From positions 32,018 through 96,017 of the forward strand of contig CAXBCH010000014.1 in assembly GCA_963974125.1 (NCBI GenBank): DNA of 64,000 nt. Direction: 5' to 3'. The notes under the pieces were generated by a model. It was not told where the DNA came from and ran no database searches. It was given only the letters and a program-made list of their open reading frames with translations. Positions 28,914 to 38,927 of this stretch are shown piece by piece; the stretch's first letter is position 1; each line of letters opens with the position of its first letter. The stretch comes from an uncultured Haliea sp. GTDB lineage: Bacteria > Pseudomonadota > Gammaproteobacteria > Pseudomonadales > Halieaceae. A program made the translations under genes and the position numbers.

Positions 28914-30098
28914 TCAGAGTCCTGCCGTACTGTTGCTGATCTGGAGCGACCGGTGCTCGACGGCGGCTACCCGGTTGCGTCCGCTGCGCTTGGCCAGTTG
29001 CAGGGCCAGCCCGGCGTCCTTGCAGAGCCGGTCGAGACTCACGGCACCCAGCGCTTCGGCGATGCCCAGGCTCACCGTAGCCGCTATCGGCTGGTCGTCG
29101 ACCTGCAGCGAGGTGTCCGCAAGCCGGCTGCGGATGCGCTCGGCGAGTTTGCGGGCTGCAGCCAGATCCGAGTTGGGCAGAATCGCCAGGAACGTGTCGC
29201 CGTCATAGCGGGAGAGGACATCGCTGGCCCGGCACTCCACCTCCAGGCACTGGGAAACCTGCTGCAGTACCTTGTCACCGGCGTCTGCACCGAAGTGGTC
29301 GTTCAGCCGCCGCAGGTGGTCGACATTGAGCATTACCGCTGCCGTGGACTGGTTGTGTCGTTCGGCAGTGGCGAGAGTCACGTGCAGGGCTTTTTCCAGC
29401 CCGCGTCGGTTAAGCAGTCGGGTCAGGGGGTCGAGCGTGGTCAGTTGCGCGAGTTGCTGTCGCTGGTCGACCAGAATGCTGGCCAGGAAGCCGACTCCCG
29501 CAAGCACGTGAGCACCACCCTGCAGGGCGTAGGCGAGTCCGGCGGCCGTGGCGGGAGCAACCGCGGTGGCCAATGAGGGCATCGAGGGCAGGGCCAGCGC
29601 CAGCATGGCTGCGCACATGACTACCCCGCCGAGGGCCATGATGCTGTCACCGGCGTTGTGCGAATGCCAGCCGCGGCTAGCGGACACCGCTGCCAGTACC
29701 CCCCAGAATAGCGCCGTGGTCGCCACGTAGGCCTGCAGCATCGGTGCCGGCTCGAGAAAAAAGACCGCCAGGCAGGCTCCGGTACAGCAGATGCCCGCGG
29801 CGTAGCGGCCGCGCCGCATTTCCGCGCGCTGCATGATTGCCAGTAACAGTACATAGCTGCTGATCATGGCGGCTACCGCGGGAACGTTGATCGCCACCTC
29901 AAGGTTGGCCACTTCGGCAACCGTGAATGCAATCCAGGCCAGCAGCGCGGTCATGAAATACACGCTGTAGAAACCGAGGCCCGCAGGCGCCCGGGGGGAG
30001 TTGCTGAGGGCGTACAATACCAGCAACTGGGCGCAGACCATGGCCGTGGCCAGACCGTAGTGGGCGATGAGTATGGTGTCGGCAAGACTGCTCTGCAT
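28914..30098 (-). CDS. Membrane-bound GGDEF-domain protein with degenerate active site
   Basis: Multiple TM helices followed by DPLTRLLNRR, NDHFGADAGD and RASDVLSRYDGDTF. Confidence 0.85.
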   Translation of the reverse strand: MQSSLADTILIAHYGLATAMVCAQLLVLYALSNSPRAPAGLGFYSVYFMTALLAWIAFTVAEVANLEVAINVPAVAAMISSYVLLLAIMQRAEMRRGRYAAGICCTGACLAVFFLEPAPMLQAYVATTALFWGVLAAVSASRGWHSHNAGDSIMALGGVVMCAAMLALALPSMPSLATAVAPATAAGLAYALQGGAHVLAGVGFLASILVDQRQQLAQLTTLDPLTRLLNRRGLEKALHVTLATAERHNQSTAAVMLNVDHLRRLNDHFGADAGDKVLQQVSQCLEVECRASDVLSRYDGDTFLAILPNSDLAAARKLAERIRSRLADTSLQVDDQPIAATVSLGIAEALGAVSLDRLCKDAGLALQLAKRSGRNRVAAVEHRSLQISNSTAGL

Positions 30099-30229
30099 CG
30101 ATGGTCAGGACTCTGGGTGCTGGCGCTGTCAGTTTAGGTCAATTTATTTGTCGGCACAGGTCATTGCTGGTACTGGCGCCGCTGAACATACTGGCCGATG
30201 TTGATTTTTACCCACCAGAGGCAACAGAC

Positions 30230-31405
30230 ATGCTGCAACGCGACTTCACCGATGAACAGAACATGTTCCGGGATGCCTACCGCAAATTCCTCGCTGCGGA
30301 GATTGTGCCACATATGGAGTCCTGGCGAGAGGCCGGAATTGTCGATCGCTCCGCCTTCCGCAAGGCGGGTGAGCAGGGGTTCCTCATGGTCTGGCCCGAG
30401 GAAAAGTATGGCGGCATGGGAGATCCCGACTTCCGCTTCGAGCAGGTGATCATCGAAGAGACCGCCTACGCCCGGGCAGGGGACTGGTACAGCACCCTGC
30501 ACAGCCGTCTGGTTGGCCCCTACTTCACCCGCTTTGGCAGTGAGGAGCAGTGCCAGCGCTTCCTGCCCGGCTGCGTCAGTGGCGAAACCATTCTCGGTAT
30601 CGCCATGACCGAGCCGGATGCGGGCAGCGACCTCGCCGGCATGCGCTCCACCGCGGTGGAGGCCGACGACCACTGGGTTCTGAACGGCTCCAAGACCTAC
30701 ATTTCCAATGGCATCAACGCCGATGTGGTGATCGTGGCGGCCAAGACCGATCCCGACAACAACCCGCACCACATGACCCTGTTCATCGTGGAACGCGGCA
30801 TGCAGGGCTTCGAGCGTGGCCGCAACCTGAAGAAAATGGGGATGAAAGCCCAGGATACCTCCGAGCTCTTCTTCAACGAGGTCAAGGTGCCCAAGGCCAA
30901 TGTGCTGGGCGAGCCGGGCAAGGGGTTCATTTACCTGATGGAGGGCCTGGCCGAGGAGCGCCTGATCGGCGCCTGTGGCTACCTGTCCGCAGCGCAGCTG
31001 TCCTGGGATCTGACCGCCGAATTCGTGCGCGAGCGCAAGGTCTTTGGCAAGCCGCTGGCGGCGTTCCAGAATACCCAGTTCAAGCTGGCTGAGATGCGCA
31101 CCCAGCTCGATATTGCGCAAATTTATGTCGACCAGTGCGTGCGGGCGTTCAATAATGGCGCCCTGACGGCGGTGGATGCGGCCAAGGCGAAGCTGGTGAC
31201 CAGTGAACTGCAGGTCGCAGCTGCGGACCTCGGGGTGCAGCTCCACGGCGGTGCCGGTTACATGGATGAGTATCCGATCAGTCGCCAGTGCACTGACGCC
31301 AAGATCGCCACCATTTATGCGGGCAGCTCCGAGGTCATGAAAATCATCATCAGCCGGGACTGCCTGTCGGACAACTACACACCGTTCAACACGCGCAATT
31401 TCTGA
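30230..31405 (+). CDS. Acyl-CoA dehydrogenase (long/branched-chain type)
   Basis: IAMTEPDAGSD, LNGSKTYISNG, RKVFGKPL, QLHGGAGYMDEY and IYAGSSEVMK. Confidence 0.92.
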   Translation: MLQRDFTDEQNMFRDAYRKFLAAEIVPHMESWREAGIVDRSAFRKAGEQGFLMVWPEEKYGGMGDPDFRFEQVIIEETAYARAGDWYSTLHSRLVGPYFTRFGSEEQCQRFLPGCVSGETILGIAMTEPDAGSDLAGMRSTAVEADDHWVLNGSKTYISNGINADVVIVAAKTDPDNNPHHMTLFIVERGMQGFERGRNLKKMGMKAQDTSELFFNEVKVPKANVLGEPGKGFIYLMEGLAEERLIGACGYLSAAQLSWDLTAEFVRERKVFGKPLAAFQNTQFKLAEMRTQLDIAQIYVDQCVRAFNNGALTAVDAAKAKLVTSELQVAAADLGVQLHGGAGYMDEYPISRQCTDAKIATIYAGSSEVMKIIISRDCLSDNYTPFNTRNF

Positions 31406-31427
31406 TCAACTGTACCAGGAGAACAGC

Positions 31428-32201
31428 ATGGAACTCGCAGGAAAAGTAGCAATCGTAACCGGTGGCGCCTCCGGGCTTGGCCGCGCCACCGTGGAGGCCT
31501 ACGTCGCCAAGGGCGCCAGGGTCGCGATCTTTGACCTCAACGAGGACAACGCCAAAGAAGTCATTGGCCAGCTGGGCGAGGACAAGGTCGCCTTCTGGAG
31601 CGTCAACGTGGCCGACGAAAATGTGGTCCGAGAAGCCGTCGCCGGCGTGGTCGAGAAGTTCGGCGCCGTGCACATTTGCAACAATTACGCCGGCATCGGC
31701 AGCGCCTGCAAGACTTTGAGCAAGAACGGCCCGTTCCCGCTGGACCAGTTCATGCCGATCATTAACGTGAACCTGGTGGGCACCTTCAACGTCTCCCGTT
31801 TCGCCGCCGAGCAGATGGCGAAGAACGAGCCAATCAACAACGACGGTGGCCGCGGCGTGATCATCAACACGGCGTCCATCGCAGCGATGGAAGGCCAGGT
31901 GGGCCAGCTGGCCTACAGCGCCAGCAAGGGTGGCATCGTTGGCATGACCCTGCCCATGGCCCGCGATCTGGCCAGCTACGGCATCCGGGTCAACACCATC
32001 GTGCCCGGCCTGATCCACACGCCCCTGTTCGAGATGATCCCGGAAGAAGCCTACAAGTCGCTGGAGAGCAGTGTCTGCTACCCGCGCCGCCTGGGCAAGC
32101 CGGAGGAGATCGCGCACCTGTCGGTCTTTATTGCCGAGAACGACTATGTCAACGGCGAGTGCATCCGTCTCGACGGCGCCATACGCATGCAGCCGCGCTG
32201 A
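31428..32201 (+). CDS. SDR 3-hydroxyacyl-CoA dehydrogenase (HSD10 type)
   Basis: TGGASGLG, YSASKGG and NGECIRLDGAIRMQPR. Confidence 0.9.
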   Translation: MELAGKVAIVTGGASGLGRATVEAYVAKGARVAIFDLNEDNAKEVIGQLGEDKVAFWSVNVADENVVREAVAGVVEKFGAVHICNNYAGIGSACKTLSKNGPFPLDQFMPIINVNLVGTFNVSRFAAEQMAKNEPINNDGGRGVIINTASIAAMEGQVGQLAYSASKGGIVGMTLPMARDLASYGIRVNTIVPGLIHTPLFEMIPEEAYKSLESSVCYPRRLGKPEEIAHLSVFIAENDYVNGECIRLDGAIRMQPR

Positions 32202-32213
32202 GGAGCGCTTGAT

Positions 32214-33347
32214 ATGGGTCCCTTGAATGGTTTCACCGTTATCGAGCTTGCGGGGATAGGTCCCGCGCCCATGGGCGGGATGATACTCGCGGACATGGGC
32301 GCCGAGGTCATCCGCATCGAGCGCGCCAACGGCAACGATCTGAAGCAGATGCATGATGTCAGCGCCCGCGGCAAGAAGTCCGTGGTTCTCAACCTGAAGC
32401 AGCCCGACGGGGTGGAGACCCTGCTGCGGATGATCGAGAACGCGGACGTGCTTATCGATCCCTATCGCCCGGGCGTCTGTGAAAAGCTGGGCGTGGGGCC
32501 AGAGGTCTGCCTGCAGCGCAATCCGCGCCTGGTATTCGCGCGAATGACCGGCTGGGGCCAGGAGGGTCCCCTGGCCCACGCTGCGGGACACGACATCAAT
32601 TACATCTCTCTCACCGGGGCGCTGTTTGCCACCGGACGCCGCGGCGAGAAGCCGGTGCCGCCGCTCAATCTGGTGGGTGACATGGGCGGCGGTGGCATGC
32701 TGCTGGTCAACGGCGTGCTGGCGGCCTTGCTGGAAACGGCGAATTCCGGCAAGGGCCAGGTCATCGACGTGGCCATGGTGGATGGCGCCGCCCAGCTGAT
32801 GTGGATGTTCCACGGCTTCCAGTCCATCGGCGGCTGGGATGCCAGCCAGCGTGGCGTCAACCTGCTGGATGGCGCGGCCCACTTCTACGATACCTATGAG
32901 TGCGCCGACGGCCAGTACATTTCGGTGGGCTCCATTGAACCGCAGTTCTACGCCCTGCTGAAGCAGCTTGCGGAATTGCCGGAAGAAGACTTCGGCAACC
33001 AGAACGACCCGTCGCTGTGGCCGGAACTAACGGACAAGCTGGCCGCGGTCTTCAAGCGCAAGACCCAGGCCGAGTGGTGCGAGATCATGGAGGGCACGGA
33101 CGTCTGTTTTGCGCCGGTGCTGTCATTCATGGATGCACCCGGCCATCACGCCAACGTCGCCCGCAACACCTACATCGAAGTGGATGGGGTCACGCAGCCG
33201 GCACCCGCGCCGCGTTTCAGTCGCACGCCGTCGCATGTTTCCCATGGCCCCCACAGCCTCGGGGAGGATACCGAGGCCACGCTGGCAGCGATGGGGTTTG
33301 CGGAAAGCGAGATCAAGCAGCTGCGGGAATCCGGTACCCTGGGCTGA
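32214..33347 (+). CDS. CaiB/BaiF family CoA-transferase, alpha-methylacyl-CoA racemase-like
   Basis: AGHDINY, NLVGDMGGGG, NLLDGAAHFY and PAPAPRFSRTP. Confidence 0.9.
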   Translation: MGPLNGFTVIELAGIGPAPMGGMILADMGAEVIRIERANGNDLKQMHDVSARGKKSVVLNLKQPDGVETLLRMIENADVLIDPYRPGVCEKLGVGPEVCLQRNPRLVFARMTGWGQEGPLAHAAGHDINYISLTGALFATGRRGEKPVPPLNLVGDMGGGGMLLVNGVLAALLETANSGKGQVIDVAMVDGAAQLMWMFHGFQSIGGWDASQRGVNLLDGAAHFYDTYECADGQYISVGSIEPQFYALLKQLAELPEEDFGNQNDPSLWPELTDKLAAVFKRKTQAEWCEIMEGTDVCFAPVLSFMDAPGHHANVARNTYIEVDGVTQPAPAPRFSRTPSHVSHGPHSLGEDTEATLAAMGFAESEIKQLRESGTLG

Positions 33348-33378
33348 TGCCGGGCAGCGCCACCAACGAGGAGCAATC

Positions 33379-34161
33379 ATGGCCAATTATGCAACAGTGA
33401 CGGTAGCACGGCACGATCAGGTGGCCCTGGTCAGCCTGAATCGCCCGGACAGCCTCAACGCCTTCAATGCCTCGCTGCGCCGGGATCTTTTGCAGGCAGT
33501 GCAGGAAGTCAATGCAGACGACCGTATCCGCGCCGTGGTGCTGGCCGGTGAGGGTCGGGCCTTCTGCGCCGGCGCCGATCTGACGGAAGTGGCGGGGGAT
33601 GATTTCGATGTTGAAAAGCAGCTCAACACCGAATACAAGCCGGTACTGATGGCAATAACTGACGCGCCCAAGCCCTGGATCAGCGCTGTGAACGGGGCCG
33701 CGGCCGGGGTCGGCAGCTCCTTCGCCATGGTCTGCGATCTCACGGTGATGGCTGAGAACGCCTATATTTACCAGGCGTTTGCCGCCATCAGCCTGGTGCC
33801 CGACGGCGGTGCTACCTGGCATCTTGCCCGCACCCTGGGCCGCAAGCGCGCCTATGAACTGATCGTGTCCGGCGAAAAACTGCCCGCGGCACGCTGCCTG
33901 GAACTGGGGCTGTGCAATCGCGTGGTGCCCGCCGAGTCCCTGCTGGCGGATACGCTGCAGTGGGCGCAGGAGCTGGCGGGCAAGGCGCCGCTGGCCCTGC
34001 GCCATGCCAAGGCGGCGCTCAATTTCGCCATGGAACATGGTGTCGATGACGTCATTTCCGAGGAGGCCCGGCTGCAGGCACTCTGTATTGCCAGTGCCGA
34101 CGCTCGCGAGGGCGTGACCGCCTTCGCGGAGAAGCGTGCGCCGGTGTGGCGGGGCAAATAG
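33379..34161 (+). CDS. Enoyl-CoA hydratase/isomerase
   Basis: AFCAGADL, NGAAAGVG and LVPDGG; start MANYATV after GAGGAG. Confidence 0.9.
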   Translation: MANYATVTVARHDQVALVSLNRPDSLNAFNASLRRDLLQAVQEVNADDRIRAVVLAGEGRAFCAGADLTEVAGDDFDVEKQLNTEYKPVLMAITDAPKPWISAVNGAAAGVGSSFAMVCDLTVMAENAYIYQAFAAISLVPDGGATWHLARTLGRKRAYELIVSGEKLPAARCLELGLCNRVVPAESLLADTLQWAQELAGKAPLALRHAKAALNFAMEHGVDDVISEEARLQALCIASADAREGVTAFAEKRAPVWRGK

Positions 34162-34172
34162 AGGGGTTATGC

Positions 34173-34961
34173 ATGTCGGAAGCTGAACTGCTGGTCGAAC
34201 GCGATGGCGCCGTGGCCACGCTGACCCTGAACCGCCCGGCGGCGATGAACGCGCTGTCGCCGTCGCTGCTGCGGGACCTGTGCAATACCTTCCGCGAGTT
34301 GCAGGAAGACCGGGATATTCGTGTCGTTATTGTCACCGGCAAGGGGCGGGCCTTCTGTGCTGGCCTGGACCTGAAGGCGCTCGGCAATCATCCCGACGGC
34401 CTCGCCGCTTTCGCGATTCACGGGGACAACGATGTCTACGCCGCCCTGCGCGCCTTTGACCGGCCCATTATCATGGGCATCAACGGTGTCGCCGCCACCG
34501 GAGGCTTCGAACTGGCGCTGATGGGGGATATTCTCATTGCCTCCAGCGATGCCCGCTTTGGCGACACCCACTGCCGCGTCGGCCTGGCCCCGGGCTGGGG
34601 GCTGTCGCAGAAACTGGCGCGCATCATTGGCCACAGCCGTGCCCGGGAAGCCCATTTCAGCGGCAACTTCATCAGCGCCGGACAGGCTGACGCCTGGGGC
34701 CTGGTGAGCCGGGTCGTGGAACCGGATGCGCTGGCCGCTGCCTGCCGCCAATTGGCGGATGATATTGCCGGCTGTGTGCCCTGGACGGTGAAAGCGTACA
34801 AGGCGCTGGTCAACGACGGCCTGGAAATGACCATGGGTGCGGGGCTGGCGATGGAGAAACAGGTCATGACGCATGCCAATGCCCGGGTCTCCGGCGACGA
34901 TATTGCCGCCCAGCGGCAGGCGGTAATAGGCAGGGGCCAGCAGCAGAAGCAGCAGGGCTGA
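34173..34961 (+). CDS. Enoyl-CoA hydratase/isomerase
   Basis: AFCAGLDL, GGFELAL and FGDTHCRVG. Confidence 0.88.
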   Translation: MSEAELLVERDGAVATLTLNRPAAMNALSPSLLRDLCNTFRELQEDRDIRVVIVTGKGRAFCAGLDLKALGNHPDGLAAFAIHGDNDVYAALRAFDRPIIMGINGVAATGGFELALMGDILIASSDARFGDTHCRVGLAPGWGLSQKLARIIGHSRAREAHFSGNFISAGQADAWGLVSRVVEPDALAAACRQLADDIAGCVPWTVKAYKALVNDGLEMTMGAGLAMEKQVMTHANARVSGDDIAAQRQAVIGRGQQQKQQG

Positions 34962-34995
34962 GCCTTGCTGCGGCGGCCAAAGCGAGTGCGGCGCC

Positions 34996-36530
34996 ATGGA
35001 TGATCAGCTGCGCCCGGAATTGCTGGCCCTTCGAGAGCGCCTCCTGCGGACCCTGGATGCAGGCCGGACGCAGGCCCGGGAACGACGCCACGGTACCGGC
35101 TACCGGACCGCCCGGGAGAATCTGGCTGACCTGGTGGACCCCGACAGCTTTCAGGAATACGGCCAGCTGGCGGTTGCCGCCCAGCGTAGCCGCCGTGACT
35201 ATCAGGAGCTGCAGTCCAGCACCGCCGCCGACGGCATCATCACCGGCACTGCAACCATCAACGCCGAGCGGGTGGGCAAGACAGCGGCGCGAGCGGCTGT
35301 CATTGTCAATGACTACGCGGTGCTCGCGGGAACCCAGGGTTTCTTTCATCACGCCAAGCTGGACCGCCTGTGTGAACTGGCGGAGCAGCAGGGCCTGCCG
35401 GTGGTCATGTATACCGAAGGCGGTGGCGGGCGCCCCGGCGACACCGATGTTCTGACCCAGATCGCCGGTCTGCACCTGCATTCATTTCGCAATTGGGCGC
35501 GACTGGCCGGCAAGGTGCCGCGGATCGCCGTCAACAACGGCTACTGTTTCGCCGGCAATGCGGCCCTGTTCGGCTGCGCCGATTTCACGATCGCGACCCG
35601 CAGCTCCTGGATCGGCATGGCAGGGCCGGCGATGATTGAAGGTGGCGGCCTGGGCAAGGTCGAGGCCAGGGCCATCGGCCCATTGAGGTGCAGCTCAGGA
35701 ACGGCGTGGTCGACATTGCCGCGGAGGATGAAGCGGAAGCGACCGCCCTGGCGCGACAGTTGCTCGGATATTTCCAGGGTCCGGTCGCAGACTGGGCCTG
35801 CGCTGACCAGTCTCCGCTGCGCGAGCTGGTACCAGCCGATCGGCGCTGGGCCTATCCGGTACGCAAGGTTGTCGAGACCATTGCCGATCGCGGCTCCTTT
35901 CTTGAATTGCGCCGCGTCTATGGCCGCGGCATCATCACCGGCTTCATTCGCCTGGAGGGCACGCCGGTCGCCCTGCTTGCCAACGATTGCCAGCAGCTTG
36001 GCGGCGCCGTGGATGCGGAATCCGCGGAGAAGGCAGCGCGTTTCCTGCAACTGTGCAATGCATTCCGCCTGCCGGTGCTGTCACTCACCGACACTCCCGG
36101 GTTCATGGTGGGTCCCGCCAGCGAGCAGGAGGCTGCGGTACGGCGCATGTCGTCCCTGTTCCTTGCCGGTGCCAGTCTCACGGTGCCAGTGGTGGCGATT
36201 TTTCTGCGCAAGGGTTACGGCCTGGGCGCCATGGCCATGACCGGAGGCAGTTTCCGGGCCCCCGTGTACGCGGCTTCATGGCCTACCGGAGAGTTTGGCG
36301 GCATGGGCCTGGAGGGGGCGGTGAAGCTGGGCTATCGCAAGGAACTGGAGGCGATAGCCGATCCTGTCGAGCGCGAGGCGCTGTTCGAGCAATTGCTGGC
36401 GCGCCTGTACGAGTCGGGCAAGGCCACCGAGGCGGCCTCCTTTCTGGAAATCGATGCCGTGATTGACCCGGCGGACACCCGCGCCGAGGTGCTCAAGGCA
36501 CTGCGCACGGCGGCATTCGTTGCGCGCTGA
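34996..36530 (+). pseudogene. Acyl-CoA carboxylase carboxyltransferase, split by a 1-nt frameshift at 35679-35681 (pseudogene or sequencing error)
   Basis: The 5' half (TARENLADLVD, EGGGGRPGD, GPAMIEGGG) and the 3' half (NGVVDI, DTPGFMVGP, RKGYGLGA, GGMGLEGAV) lie in different frames; one extra C restores G-P-I-E-V-Q-L-R-N-G. Confidence 0.8.
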
Positions 36531-36577
36531 CAGGGCGCGCAATACCGACTATCAACCCGTTTAACCGGAGAATATCG

Positions 36578-37345
36578 ATGAAGAACCTGTTTGATGTTAG
36601 TGGCAAGGTCGCGGTGGTGACCGGAGGCTCGCGCGGCATTGGTGCCATGATCGCCGAGGGTTTTGTCGCCAACGGCGTGCGCACCTACATCACTGCGCGC
36701 CGGGAAGACGAACTGCAGGCGACGGCGGCGGCGCTGTCACAGCAGGGGGAGTGCATCGCACTGGTCGCGGACCTGTCGACCGTGGAAGGTGCCACCCGCT
36801 TTGCCACAGAGATCCGCGCGCGTGAGCCCGAGCTGCATATCCTGGTGAACAACGCCGGCGCCACCTGGGGCGCCAGTGTCGATGAGTTTCCCGAGAATGG
36901 CTGGGACAAGGTCATGGACCTCAACGTCAAGTCCATCTTCTTCCTCACCCAGCAACTGCTGCCGGCGCTGCGGGCGGCGGGCACGGATGCGGATCCGGCC
37001 CGGGTGATCAACATCGGTTCAGTGAACGGTATCACCAACAGCCACATGCAGAACTACAGCTATACCGCGAGCAAGGCTGCGGTGCACCACCTTACCCGGC
37101 ATATGGGAGCCGAGCTGGCGCGGGAGCGGGTTAACGTCAACGCCATCGCGCCGGGCCTGTTTCCCAGCAAGATGACCGCGCACATGGCGGGGCACGAGGA
37201 AGAAATGGTCAAGGCGTTTCCCGTCAGCCGCATGGGTGCGCCGGAAGACGCAGCCGGTACCGCAATTTACCTGAGCTCCAGGGCCTCCGCCTGGGTAACC
37301 GGCCACGTGCTGGTACTGGACGGCGGGCTGGTTGCGGTTTCCTGA
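36578..37345 (+). CDS. SDR oxidoreductase (RhlG/FabG-like)
   Basis: TGGSRGIG, NNAGATWG, YTASKAA and NAIAPGLFPSKM. Confidence 0.88.
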   Translation: MKNLFDVSGKVAVVTGGSRGIGAMIAEGFVANGVRTYITARREDELQATAAALSQQGECIALVADLSTVEGATRFATEIRAREPELHILVNNAGATWGASVDEFPENGWDKVMDLNVKSIFFLTQQLLPALRAAGTDADPARVINIGSVNGITNSHMQNYSYTASKAAVHHLTRHMGAELARERVNVNAIAPGLFPSKMTAHMAGHEEEMVKAFPVSRMGAPEDAAGTAIYLSSRASAWVTGHVLVLDGGLVAVS

Positions 37346-37348
37346 CGC

Positions 37349-38893
37349 CTAGTAGTTTCCCGCGTACAGCTTCACCCACTCTGTCAGCAGGCGCACGCCG
37401 TATCCGGTGGCGCCGATCAGCGGCGGCAGGCTGGTCTCCTCGTAGCGGCCATTGCCGGCCATGTCGATATGGACCCAGGGCGTGTCGCCGGCGAAGCGCT
37501 GCAGGAAGACCGCGCCGGCCTGGGCGCCAGGTTGGCCACTGTTCTTCATGTCGGCAACCGGGCTGTCGATGATTTTTTCATAGGGCCCCAGCGGTAACTG
37601 CCAGACCCGTTCCCGGGTCAGTTCTCCGGCGGTCTTCAGGGTTTCGATGAGCTCTTCCTCCTCGCTGAACACCGCCGCGTAGTCGCGTCCCAGGGCGCGG
37701 ACCTTGGAGCCGGTGAGGGTGGCGATATCGGCAATGACCTGCGGCTGGAAGTGCTCGCGTGCATACCAGATGCCGTCCGCGAGGACCAGGCGGCCCTCGG
37801 CGTCGGTATTCACGACTTCAATTGTCATGCCGTTGCCTGCAGTCACAATATCCCCTGGCAGTTGGGCAGTGCCGGAGATGGCGTTCTGCGCCAGCGGCAT
37901 TACGCCGACGACATTGAGCGCTGCCTTCTGCCGCGACAGTGCCTCCAGGGTGCCGGCCACAGCACCGGCGCCAGCCTTGTCGCCGGTCATGGCGAGAATG
38001 GATGCTGCGTCGGTCTTCAGGTTGTAGCCACCGCTGTCGAAAGTAATACCCTTGCCCACCAGCGCAATAGGGGCGTCATCGCTGCCGCGCCAGTGGGCAA
38101 TGAGCAGATGAGCGCCGTGCTGGCTGCCCTTGCTGACCCCGTAGAGGGCGCCCATGCCCGCTTTCAGCACCTGCTGCGGACCGAGGATGGTCACCTTGAC
38201 CCCAAGCGGTTGCAGACGCTTGCGCACATACTCGGCGAAGGCGGCGGGGTTGCCATCGCTGGCGGACAGGTTGGTCAGCTCGCGGGCGGTAAAGACACCC
38301 TGCGACAGGGCGTGCAGGTGCTTCCAGGCTTCCTCGGTCGGCTCCCGTGCCGCCACCAGCCATTCGTAGGTTTGTGCCGGGCGTGGTTCGGCTTCGGTCT
38401 TGAACCGGTCGAAGCGGTAGTTGGCCAGGTCGGTGCCGTGGGCGATGGCGGTGACGATAGCGGTGTTCAGCGCCGGATCGGAGATCAGGGCAGATTGGAC
38501 CTGCACCGAACCTGCTTTACCCGGGTTCAGGTAATTGGCCAGGTTGGTGCCCAGCATTTCGGCATCGGCGCGAGCAAGTTCGGCCGGTTCTCCGAGGCCG
38601 ACGGCGATAAGGCGGTCGACGGGCAGGCCCGCGGGCGCCAGGATTTCCAGCTGCTGGGTCATGCTGCCGTCAAAATCCTGGGCGGCGAGGGCACGGCTGA
38701 AGTGCTCGCGAGTCGCCTCGCCCCATTCCGGCAGACCGTCGGTGCTGTTGAGCGGCACCAGAACCACCAGGGTGTCCGGCTCGCTGGCGGGTTGTTCCCG
38801 GAAAGCATGGGTGGTGTCGACGTAGTCTGCGGCGGCAACCGCTGCCACCAGTGTCAATGCCAGTCCCGTAATGAAGCGATGCAACGTTGTCAT
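37349..38893 (-). CDS. M17 leucyl aminopeptidase family protein with signal peptide
   Basis: GKGITFDSGG..K and NTDAEGRL metal ligands; N-terminal signal sequence ending VAAA-D. Confidence 0.85.
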   Translation of the reverse strand: MTTLHRFITGLALTLVAAVAAADYVDTTHAFREQPASEPDTLVVLVPLNSTDGLPEWGEATREHFSRALAAQDFDGSMTQQLEILAPAGLPVDRLIAVGLGEPAELARADAEMLGTNLANYLNPGKAGSVQVQSALISDPALNTAIVTAIAHGTDLANYRFDRFKTEAEPRPAQTYEWLVAAREPTEEAWKHLHALSQGVFTARELTNLSASDGNPAAFAEYVRKRLQPLGVKVTILGPQQVLKAGMGALYGVSKGSQHGAHLLIAHWRGSDDAPIALVGKGITFDSGGYNLKTDAASILAMTGDKAGAGAVAGTLEALSRQKAALNVVGVMPLAQNAISGTAQLPGDIVTAGNGMTIEVVNTDAEGRLVLADGIWYAREHFQPQVIADIATLTGSKVRALGRDYAAVFSEEEELIETLKTAGELTRERVWQLPLGPYEKIIDSPVADMKNSGQPGAQAGAVFLQRFAGDTPWVHIDMAGNGRYEETSLPPLIGATGYGVRLLTEWVKLYAGNY

Positions 38894-38927
38894 GAGTCGA
38901 TACCTTGTATTCTCTGGTGAATGTCGC

